A DNA stretch of 62,249 bases, filler included, from Dirinaria sp. TL-2023a (Eukaryota): assembly GCA_051941275.1 (NCBI GenBank). It is 4 parts of 4 records of this genome, joined end to end, with 100 filler letters (N's around TTAATTAATTAA, not from the genome) between each part and the next. Parts side by side here need not be neighbours in the genome. Positions count along the whole stretch, not along the records: positions 31,193 to 46,671 come from JAVEBF010000544.1; positions 46,772 to 62,249 come from JAVEBF010000545.1; 2 more parts are not named here. One strand, written 5' to 3'. The translations under genes were made by a program, and so were the position numbers. The notes under the pieces were generated by a model. It was given only the letters and a program-made list of their open reading frames with translations, was not told where the DNA came from and searched no databases. Numbering within the stretch: position 1 is the first letter of the stretch; every line of letters begins with the position of its first letter. Of this stretch, positions 39,198-49,299 are shown piece by piece.

Positions 39198-40908
39198 ATG
39201 GAAAACCAGATTCCGCTCGAGGTTGGTGTAGTTGGTGGAGGTATTGCGGGGCTCTCAGCAGCCATTGCGCTGAAGAGAGCAGGGCACAAAGTCGAGGCGA
39301 GTAGCCAGATTCCACTGTCGTAGCACCTGGGCGAGAGCCTCTCCTGGTGAGCTGCGAAAATAGTCGCTAATTCGTATTGGTAAAGCTTTTCGAAAGGACA
39401 AGTTTTTCCGGCGAGTCAGGTATCACTCTTGCCATTGCGCCTAATGCAGGGAAGGTGTACGACAGTTGGGGCTTCGATCTCGCGAGCGTTGGTGGGGTTG
39501 ACGCATTTCAAGTACGTTTCAGTAGTCTCTGGAACTGCATGACTGGACTGTGGAAGTCACACATCGAGCCTACGTGCTGACCTTAGACAAGGTGCGCCAC
39601 TTGAATGGAGCAACGACTGAAACGACATGGCACGACGAGTTCAATGATGTTCGCGAGAGATACGGTGCGAGCCTGCGCTTCTTGCGTCATGGAGACCTCC
39701 ACACCGGGCTGCTCGAACACCTCAAGGCAACAGAAGGCTATCCGGTCAAGCTCAACCTTGGTACGGATATTGCCGGAATAGACTGCGAGAACGGTACCAT
39801 TCGGAAGCCAGACGGCGCTCTGGTGCGGAAAGATCTCGTCGTGGTCGCGAATGGACTCGGGGTAGGGATCTCAGACCCCGCGAGACTCATATTTTTGTGT
39901 GGCTAAAAATTTAAAGTGCCGTTTTCTCGACATTATCACGGGGAACGAGTGTCCGATGCTCGACACTGGTCTTTCTTTCTTCCGGTATCTCGCGCCTGCT
40001 CAAGAAATTTATGACGATCCAGAAATCCGGCCACTGTTTGAAAACCAGCAGAGCGAGATCTGCTTTTTCCACAACTTTGCTGCGGGAGCATCTATCGTGA
40101 CGTATCTATGCGAAGGGGGGAAAACCCGTGCTATCAATGTTTTTGCTAAAAGACCGCCGAGTAAAGGAGCCAAGGCCGGTAAGCAGAGCTCACTGTGCTC
40201 ACGAAACACATCGTTGGAAGCTAACGGAACAAAGACCGAAGCGCCCGCGTGAATAGAGAGGATCTGCTTGATATTGCACGAGATTTCCATCCGAGAATCA
40301 AGGCCATCTTACAGTTTGTTCTGATCCTAATCCCAGTCTGGATAGCTGCCTAATCCAGACTTGTAGAAAGGCGCCTGAGCAAGGGATCTTCTCGTATCCA
40401 CTTCTCGTCCGAGATCCGCTAACGCAATACGTGAGAGGTAAAGTGGCCGTCATTGGCGACGCTGCTCATGTCATGAGACCGGTATGTCCCCGACCTGATA
40501 ATCGTACCTAACCCCTACCAAGCTCATCTATGTATAAAGCAACAAGGTCAAGGCGCCTCCATTGCCATCGAATCGACCGGATGCCTTGAAGTCCTCTTCA
40601 ATGGAATTGGAAAAGAAGACGTCCAATCAAGGTTGGCGCTCTTCGAAAAGCTGCGACTTGGCCGATGCGGGCCTGTTCACGTGTTTTCGAACATGCCGCT
40701 CAGTCCTGATGGTTATGCCTGGATGACGGAGAAAATCAAGCCTTTTTGGGATCCGTCCAAGCCTCTGCCTCCGCCGGGCTCCAGACCGATTTCGTTGCCA
40801 TTCCGTGACTTTATATATAGCTACAATGCACAAGAGGAGAGCAGGAAGGCGCTGGCCGAGCATCAGAAGCAAATGCCGTTAGACACGTACACCAACGGTA
40901 CGAAGTAG
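39198..40908 (+). CDS. FAD-dependent monooxygenase (salicylate hydroxylase-like, group A), multi-exon
   Basis: VVGGGIAGLSAAIAL, then LFER, DLVVVANG, and the VAVIGDAAHVMRP/QQGQGASIAIE fingerprint. Confidence 0.88.
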
Positions 40909-41383
40909 CGCGTCTGCCAGCGGAATCCCCGATGACAGCGCTTTACAATGTTCGCTACCAGCAGTATTTAGAGAGCCTCACTCGCTTGCTCGGTGCTTGA
41001 TGATGGACGGTGCCCAGCGGAATTGGGCATTGCCAGTCCTGACTCTGGATGTACCACTGACGTATCACGACGATGGCGTCTGCGCAGTCGGGTTTCAGAC
41101 GCTAGGGCAAAGGTGGCAATTTTTTCTCTGAATACCAAGTAGTCGAAAATATCAAGGCTGGTTCGGTAGAAGCTGGAGGATAATTAAGCCACAACATCGC
41201 CAATTCTAGCACATAATCTCTCTAGACTTGATTGTCTAAATATGAGTTTCACCTATGATCTGCCACTGGTGAACTTCTCATGGTGCCCCCTTAGTCAGCT
41301 TCCTTGGGAGCAGATCCGAATCCTCGTAATCGTGTAACCGCGATCGAGAGATCTGTAGCAGCTCCGCTCGTAAGCCATGGTGC

Positions 41384-41515
41384 TCGGTACCCGAAGACAA
41401 GATCATTTATGTTGCAGCGCTGCACAGCTGCTGCTTCGGGGTAGATCAAATGCTGTAGTTCCACATTCTCTTAGCTGCACTGAAGGTGCCCAAAACGGGA
41501 CTACTCGGTTGCCGA
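41384..41515. promoter_or_regulatory. Two TCGG-N3-CCGA palindromes (41384-41394, 41505-41515) upstream of the O-methyltransferase
   Basis: TCGGTACCCGA and TCGGTTGCCGA read directly. Confidence 0.6.
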
Positions 41516-41788
41516 GATGGTGTTGCTCCACGCTGTAGTCTGTCTGTTGTGCAAGGAAGACAGAATGAGCTGATCAGTATGCGGATTTGCGGCGCTGCTT
41601 ATCTAGTCCAACCTTGTGAAGGATATGCGAGGATGTGCGAATGCCGTGGAGCAAAGCCGCTCGTAATTGTATTTATGATCTCTCGAAACCACGGCCACAA
41701 GGTCAGTTAATCATTGAATTTGTATCCTCAAATCTTTCTTTCCGTACTCCCACCACTCTCTATCCACTTGTCTTTGTGACTCTGCATC

Positions 41789-43131
41789 ATGGCAACAACC
41801 TCTACAGACCTCGAGACACTCGCGGAGATCTGCCTTCAATCGGCCAAGAACGTCAAGGCTTCCCTCGCCAGCCACGGTTCTGGCAGACTTGGATTCGACG
41901 CGCTAGCAGCCCCTACGTTCCCCAAAACCGACGAGGCAACGGAGAAGGCGAGAAGCGATTTACGGAATGCCGCGCGGACGATGTACGATCTGGCTACGGG
42001 GCCGCAAGAATGTCTGATGGAGTCATCTTTGACCTCGGTGAGCCCAACGAGATATTCCCCCGAGAGATATACGAGACCTATTCTCACAGCGTCCAGCTTC
42101 AATACCTCAACTCCATGAGATATTTGTGCCATTTCAAGGTTCCCGATTTCGTGCCCGAGACGGGAGAGATCGATTACCACTCGCTGGCCAAGCAATGCGC
42201 AGTCGACCCAGCCCAGCTGAAGCAGAACCTGCACTTTGCAATGACCAATCGAATTTTTTGTGAACCCACTCCACAGACTGTTGCCCATACGGCAGCGTCC
42301 CGTTTAGTGAGGGAGGGTAATCCGATGCGGCCGTTCGTGCAATGGCTGACGGAAGACTGTGCACCCATGATTGCTCATCAAATTGATGCCATTGACAAAT
42401 GGGGCCATGGTTCCCAAGAACCGAACCAGACTGCCGTCAATTACGCGTACGGGGGCAATGGCCCATTCTATTCCTTCATCAGCGCGGACCCCGTGCGGGA
42501 ACGACGCTTCGGGACGACGATCCAGCAGGTCTCCCAGCAATCTGCGTCCTCATTTCAACATATTCAGGACGGGTTTGACTGGGCCTGCCTGGGCGAAGGA
42601 ACGGTGATCGACGTCGGCGGCCATGTCGGCTACTGCGCGGTCGCTATCGCGCAAGCAGCGCCCAAGCTGCACCTGATCGTCCAGGATCGACCGGAGGTGG
42701 TGGAAATGGCACAGGACCCCAAGACCACGGTTGTCCCCGCCGATATCCAGAACCGATTTTCCTTCGAGGTTCACGACTTCTTCCAGCAACAGAAGACACC
42801 CGCAGACGCGTATTTCTATCGCAAGACCCTGCTCAACCACACCGACAAATACTGCGCCCAGATCATTGGAGCGCTGTCCCCGGTGTTAAAGCCCGGCAAT
42901 CGGCTCCTGATCATGGACTTCGTGCAGTCGGACGGGACGGTCGATGCGACGACGACAGAGCGGTATTACCGAGCTGTGGACCTGCAAATGCTGCTGTACT
43001 ATAATTGCCGGTACCGATCTCTGGACGAGTGGAAGGAGGTCGTCTCGCAGGGGGATTCGCGGTTGGAGTTTGAGTCGATGTGCACGCCACCTGGAAGCCA
43101 AATGCCTATCATGAGCTTCATTGTTCGCTAA
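41789..43131 (+). CDS. Fungal O-methyltransferase family protein (Methyltransf_2)
   Basis: Exon 1 MATTSTDLETLA...DLATGPQE, intron ~42038-42089, SAM motif VIDVGGHVG, VQDRPEVV, HDFFQQQ, LKPG.RLLIMD and RSLDEW. Confidence 0.88.
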
Positions 43132-44407
43132 AGGCTGTGGGACGCGATTGATGTATGTAGTCTGGGTGAGAAGAGGTTAGTTGAGACGTGAAAGCGTAGC
43201 CTATGTAAGGTAGTGGTTGTAGCTCACCAGGTTTGCAAACACTGTAGCTCTTCGAATGACTTTGGGAGATGCGCAGTCCTGCAGGTTGAAATATTCGTGC
43301 CCAAGCCGAGTTCTCGTCGTCAACCGACCGCGTCTTTTCCTTGAATTGTAGACCGCTAGGGCATCCTGAGCGTACGATTCGTTCTTGGCATCACCGACTG
43401 ACATCTTCCCCCTAATTTTATGCATAGGGATAGCGTGTATCTGGAGTACAGTACGAAGTAATGTAGATGGTTATGCTGGATAAATAAGGTAGAAGGAAAG
43501 TCCTGCCGAACCCCGTTAGCAAATTATGTCAGCATTGCCAAGGGTATGAGAGCAGTACCATGGACTGAGAATCCACCATCGATTCACCTAAAGTACAAGT
43601 ATTCGGTACCGCTTTGCATAACCTGCATAACCTACCTTACCTTCCATTATGCGCTCACAGCTCTGAAAGGATCGTCAAGCCTCCTGTCTGTTTGACGGGA
43701 ACTAAGGAGCTAAGCTCCTTTACCGTCTGACCAGGCTTGGCACACTACCTTACCGTACTTGTCGGCGGCCCGGACGTTTGCGGCGCCGGGAAGACCGGAT
43801 GACGTGTCTTATCAGCTCGGTGCCGTAACAGACTCCGCGACCGAACCAGGGCTCAGGAGCAGCAGGAGGAAAGGAAAGATGGAAGATCGAGGACGAAGAG
43901 GAAGGGAAGAGGGTGTTTCGGGGTATCGGTGCCGATAGTCAGCCGATCGCAGCTACGCCCCATCCAGAGACTGTACTGTAGCTTGACTCACTCACGTACT
44001 GCAGTAACTGCACTACGGAGTACTGTCTGTCCCTTTCTTCCACTGGGTTTCTGTCCTCGGCCTTCTCTCTTACCGACCACGGTATCTAGTCTCCTTGGTC
44101 TTCTCTACCTTCTTGTCTAACAAGAGGCTCGCCTGTCTCCCTGTCTGCCCATCTGCAATCTACCTTAAGGTACCTTAAAGCAAGGGACTTGATTACATAC
44201 ACCATCTGCAGTTTTGCAGCTCATCCAACCCCCCACTAGACCCTTTCTAGCACTACCCACTACCCACTACCCATCTTACCTCACCTCAACCTACCTGACA
44301 TTCTCCATCCCAAACCACTGGGAATTTCTCCCTTACATCCAGAAGTCATTTGCATTCCTCGCCTTTTCCCACATACCCATACCCGTACCTGTACCAGACC
44401 TGCCACA

Positions 44408-46014
44408 ATGTCTGACAACAACCCTCCGCCTCAATCGTTTGCTCTGCATTCCCTCCCTGGCTCCGAGAAGTCGGTGCGAGAAACAACCTTCGACGACGAC
44501 GACCGCCAGCTGACCCGCCCCTCTCACGATGTCGAGATGCCCGAACCCCAAAAGCCCGCCGGAAATCCCTGGATGGATCCCAAGGCCTTCCCCGACGGCG
44601 GTGCCACCGCCTGGCTCACCGTCGCTGGCGCCGCCGCATGTCTCTTTGTGTCCTTTGGCTGGATAAATTGCGTCGGCGTCTTCCAGGAGTACTATGGCTC
44701 CCACCAGCTCAAAGAATACACCGCCTCCGAAATCGCGTGGATTCCGTCGCTGCAAAGTAGGCCATCCTTCCTCCCATAGCCATCAGTTGCAGCTCGCTGA
44801 CATCCGGAACAGTCTTCTTCATGTTGTTCGGCGGACCTTTCGTGGGCAAAATATTCGATGACTACGGGCCGCAGTCCCTCCTGGCGGTGGGCGGCTTTAT
44901 GCATGTGTTCGGCTTGATGATGGCTAGCATATCGAAAAAATACTATCAGTTCCTCCTGAGTCAGGCTGTCTGCTCGGCAATCGGTGCCTCGGCGGTCTTT
45001 TACCCCGCCTTTACCTGTGTAAGTTGGAGCCAGATTCCGTCGACGTGTCATTTGCTCACTAGATCTTTCAAGGTATCGACGTGGTTCTTCGCGAAGCGAG
45101 GCGCTGCTCTCGGTCTCGTCGCAGCCGGCTCGTCTTTGGGCGGTGTCATTCTGCCGATTATGGTCATCAAACTGATTCCGGAGGTCGGCTTTGGTTGGGC
45201 CATGCGGATTTGTGCCTTCTTGATTATGGCACTGCTGATTTTTGCAAATCTGACGGTGCGCTCGCGTATTGCACCGACGAAGCGCCCATTTAAACCCATG
45301 GCGTTCATTACACCTCTGGCGGAACCGCCGTTTGCGCTCTTGACAGGCGCCATCTTTTTCTTCTATTGTAAGCCTCCACTTTGACCGACCGACAAGCTTG
45401 AATTAACAATTGCAGGGGGGATGTTTATTCCCTTCACCTTCATCGTTGTCGAGGCGCAATCGCACGGCATGTCTGGTCGACTGGCAAATTACCTCGTTCC
45501 GATCCTCAACGGTGCAAGGTTAGTCACCTCCTATCCCTCCGCCAAATCTAGTATCCTCTTTTCGTGTCCCCAACTAACTATTGACAGTGTGTTCGGTCGA
45601 ACGGTTCCCAACGCCCTCGCGGACAAAGTGGGCCGTTTTAACATGATGATCATCATGTCGACCTTCACCACAATCCTGCTCCTCGCTCTCTGGATCCCAG
45701 CAACAGGGAACGTGCCTCTGATCCTCTTCGCTGCTCTGTTTGGTATCGGATCCGGTGCCGGGATCGGTCTCACGCCCGCTCTCTGCGCGGGAATTTCGCC
45801 AATCAAGGACATCGGAGTGCGGACAGGGACGACCTTCGCCATCTCGTCGATTGCAGCGTTGACCGGCTCTCCGATCGGAGGCAAAATCATCGGTGATAGC
45901 GGGGGCTCGTTCAAATACGCCGTCGTCTTCGCCGGCTGCAACTGCGCTGTTGGCACGCTGCTTTTCCTGGCGGCGAGGATCTCGATTGGTGGACTGAAGC
46001 CGGGGAAGGTTTAA
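44408..46014 (+). CDS. MFS transporter, monocarboxylate-transporter-like, multi-exon
   Basis: Motifs FPDGGATAWLTVAG, FGWINCVGVFQEYY, GKIFDDYGP, STWFFAKRGAALG and ADKVGRFN. Twelve-TM hydrophobic pattern. Confidence 0.92.
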
Positions 46015-46671
46015 AGGGAAGAATGGCGAAGCGCCAAACCCCAGGCACACGCATATTTAATTCGAGCTTCAGGACGTTCGCCGTATCTGATCTGGATGCT
46101 CCTAATGCTCCGAAAGCATGTCTCCTGTCTCTCTCCGTTCTTCAGTAATATGTACCATAGGTATCATAACATTTTAGATATCATCAAGGCTAGAAAATCA
46201 AAATAGAATTCCCATAGAGAGAGGGAGAGGAATGGAAATAGAGACTCACGCCCAAAGCCCTAAATTGTGCCTAGCCCCATTTCGTCCCCCCGGTCCCCCG
46301 TAAGTAAAAAGGGCCGATTCGAGGAATGTAAGGTAAGGTAGCATTGGGGCTAGGTAATTTAAGCGCGGATATAAGGTACGAAGTATGTGTAGCGAGGTTG
46401 GATCGAACGGGGGAGGCGTTCGAGAAGAGTTTCATTGGATGAAGGACCCTGTGTTTTTTTGCAAGCCACCGGCACACGCATATATCAGCCTCTATTATTT
46501 TTACATTATTACAACCCTAAGTAAGGTACACATTGCTTATGAGTGAGGATACCAGGGAGGGAAGGGAGATTCAGGGGGGGAAATAAAAGGAAATCTAATA
46601 ATAGTAATGGTAATGATATTTTTCCGTCTCTGTGCAGAAGGCCTTTTGGTTTGAATTTCGCTTGAAAATTA

Positions 46672-46771
46672 NNNNNNNNNNNNNNNNNNNNNNNNNNNNN
46701 NNNNNNNNNNNNNNNTTAATTAATTAANNNNNNNNNNNNNNNNNNNNNNNNNNNNNNNNNNNNNNNNNNNN
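46672..46771. other. Artificial contig linker N44-TTAATTAATTAA-N44
   Basis: Identical to the other two linkers. Confidence 0.97.
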
Positions 46772-47464
46772 GTCTGGGGTTTAGAGGTTTGTGCAGGGAA
46801 AGAAAAGGGGGTTAATTGATGTGCGGCTGCACGTATATATATGTAATGATAAGTAAGTAAAATAGGAGGAAAGGAGGTATAGGGACATATAACGTTAAGG
46901 GCAAGAGATATAAACAGCTCGCAGCCAGTATTGTTGCCTTTGCTTTTTCCCTCTTTTTTTTTTTTCCTCTTTTTTCTGTGGCGCTTTCTGCTTTTGAAGC
47001 TAGTGAGATTGAGAGATGGTTTTCTTGCAGGGGATTTCGAGGAACGTGTGCGTGTGGAAAAGCGGAGAAGTACAGGAAAGGAGTTGAGGATGAAGGAGAA
47101 GGGAAGGGAAGAGAAGAGAAATAGTAACTGGGTGATTTTCCGTGATAAAGGAGGGAAATACGTAGGCTGGCTTCGGTTTAGGTTCGTGTTGTGGGTGTGC
47201 ATGGAAAATAGATTGGGCAGATGTAGTTGATGGAGTGCGGACTCGAGGACGGGGGCGGATGGGTGAGGGTAGCTATCACTATTTTTTCTTGTCCGAACAG
47301 GCTTAATTGAGGCAATTGCTATGCTACTAAGGACGATCTAATTGGACTACTTGTGGCTAAGCTGCAGCAAAACCCCCGCCATCTATTCTTCTATCGCATC
47401 ATCTGCTCGGCATTCAGGCAATCCCCTCCAGATCTCGTTGCTCGGGCTCGCTGGCAATGGCACG

Positions 47465-48144
47465 TTACTCCGAGTCGCTAATCGCTTGGATGGTCTGGGC
47501 GGACATTGTCAGCTATCGTTGCTTACGAAGTAGGAGGACCGGAAGTGGAGACTGACCTTGGACTCGCGATTGGCTAGTATGTCACGCTTCTTAGGCTGAG
47601 GTTATTTAGTATGGAATTGTTTAGTAGAGAGGGGATGAAGGTGAAAACCTACCGGTCCATCAACACCTTCGATGCCGTAGAAACGACCAGGCTCAGCTCT
47701 ATCTACATCACGCTTGGTGGGCTGACATTGTCAGCAGAGACTTTCCCAAGAGAGGGAGATGAAGGAAAGAACCCACCGGTCCATCAACACCTTCAATACC
47801 GTAAAAACGACCAGGCTCAGCTCTATCGACATCACGCTTGGTGGGCTGACATTGTCAGCAGAGCATGTCCCAAGAGAGGGAAGACAAAGGAAAGGACCTA
47901 CCGGTGCATCAACACCATCAATCCCGTAAACACGGCCAGGCTCAGCCCTATCGACACCACGCTTCTCAGACTAGGATGGTCAGTAGGGAAGCATACACGA
48001 GAGAGGTGAGAGTAGAGAACTAACGGTATCGCAGAATGGAGCACCGCAAGAGTAGGGGTTCTTATCATCTCCAGCAACCGGGGCAGCGAAGACTCCGGCG
48101 AAGCTAGACCCAAGGGCCAGCACGGAGAGGAGGATGAACTTCAT
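47465..48144 (-). CDS. Secreted KEX2-processed repeat protein (KEP / putative peptide or RiPP precursor), 131 aa, six exons
   Basis: Exons 48144-48025, 47970-47902, 47845-47777, 47721-47653, 47595-47557 and 47494-47465. All introns are phase 0 GT-AG with CTRAC/CTAAA-like branch sites. Spliced protein: MKFILLSVLALGSSFAGVFAAPVAGDDKNPYSCGAPFCDT-SEKRGVDRAEPGRVYGIDGVDAP-PTKRDVDRAEPGRFYGIEGVDGP-PTKRDVDRAEPGRFYGIEGVDGP-PKKRDILANRESK-TIQAISDSE*. Confidence 0.85.
47648..47975. repeat. Tandem repeat of about 124-125 bp (69-bp exon plus intron), three exon copies
   Basis: ACCGGT[C/G]CATCAACACC...CCAGGCTCAGC..TATC.ACA.CACGCTT recurs at ~47651, ~47775 and ~47900. Two copies also share intron sequence (CTGACATTGTCAGCAGAG...CCCAAGAGAGGGA). 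Confidence 0.9.
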
Positions 48145-49299
48145 CTTGAGATTTTGTGTAGTAATGGTTCTAGGTTGTAGGGATTTATCTTTGCAGGAGG
48201 ATTACTTGGGATTCGAAATGGCAGAAGACGGTTCTTGGGTGGATTGAAGGAAGATGGCGAAGAAGATGGAGACGATGAGGGAGAAGAAGAAAGGGAGGAG
48301 GAGATGGAATTTAAAAGAAGAAGAAGAAGATGATGATGATGACGAAAAGCGGTGAAGCGAAAGAAGTGGAAGCGGTTCCAAGTCACCTTGTTTTACTCGG
48401 CCAATGAATCGAACATGTCGTCACCCGCTTCATCCGGCTGGCTCCACTGGCGAGGATACTTGATGGAGGGGGATCGAAAGGAGGGTGGGGATTAGGGCAC
48501 GGGATGTTGAAGATGCCGAGCTGCCGAGCAGAAAGTGTGGAGCACTGGGAGGGCATTGGTCTTTTACAGCGGTGAAGAAGACAAGGGAAACAAGGAAAAT
48601 CAGGGAGGGCAAGTGTCCAGCCTCCACTGCCTGGAGTGAATTAGTGGAGTCTCTTGTCTTGTGCACCCCGATCACTCATTGCAGACTGGAGGCTGTACGA
48701 TTACGCTCGTACCTCTGCTAATTGAGAGAATAGAGCATGTGAAATGGAACTGGGAGGGACAGTGTTGTACACTCTTCATGGTAACTCGACTTCTGATTGC
48801 CTCGGCTCTGTCCACAGCGATCCCGGTAATCGTATTGGTTAACGCCTTTGAACAGAGATCCATAAAGTAAAGTAGCTACCTTACCTACTTTACCTTACAC
48901 ACAAAGGAAGCTTTCAGCAACAGAAGCTCGCTTGCATGCTTGGATGCCAAGAGGTACAGATGAGGAAGTCGGGGGCTGTGGGTAAAGGATTCAGTACCTC
49001 CCATGTAAGGTATGCTTGGTAAGCCAAATAGTGGAAAGTAGTGATGAGACTTTAAGGGTTGGAGAGAGACAATGAGTTAAGTACTGTACGTAGTTAGCAA
49101 AGTGTTGGAGTGTCTCTCATCACTCATCAGACGATTAGCGCAGCGCTCGCTTCGTTAGCGGCCTGTTGTTGATGGTTACTATAAGATCACCCCCGTTTCG
49201 ACCGACTCCCCAAACAACCACAATCTCAGACTCCAAATCGCAACAATATCTCAATCGTCGGCCCAACTTAGAGCATTCAACCGGCATACCAACGCCAAG

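Noticed and set aside
26532..46014. Extending the PKS cluster to include the DUF1772 gene and aldo-keto reductase
   Set aside because: They are on a different contig, separated by an artificial linker at 31093-31192 in a length-sorted concatenation.
47611..48009. Plus-strand 132-aa ORF, or a CRISPR-like reading of the tandem repeat
   Set aside because: The context is eukaryotic, and the repeat is fully explained by duplicated exon+intron units of a minus-strand gene with correct splice signals.
44408..48144. Linking the MFS transporter or PKS cluster with the KEP precursor
   Set aside because: Separated by the artificial linker at 46672.
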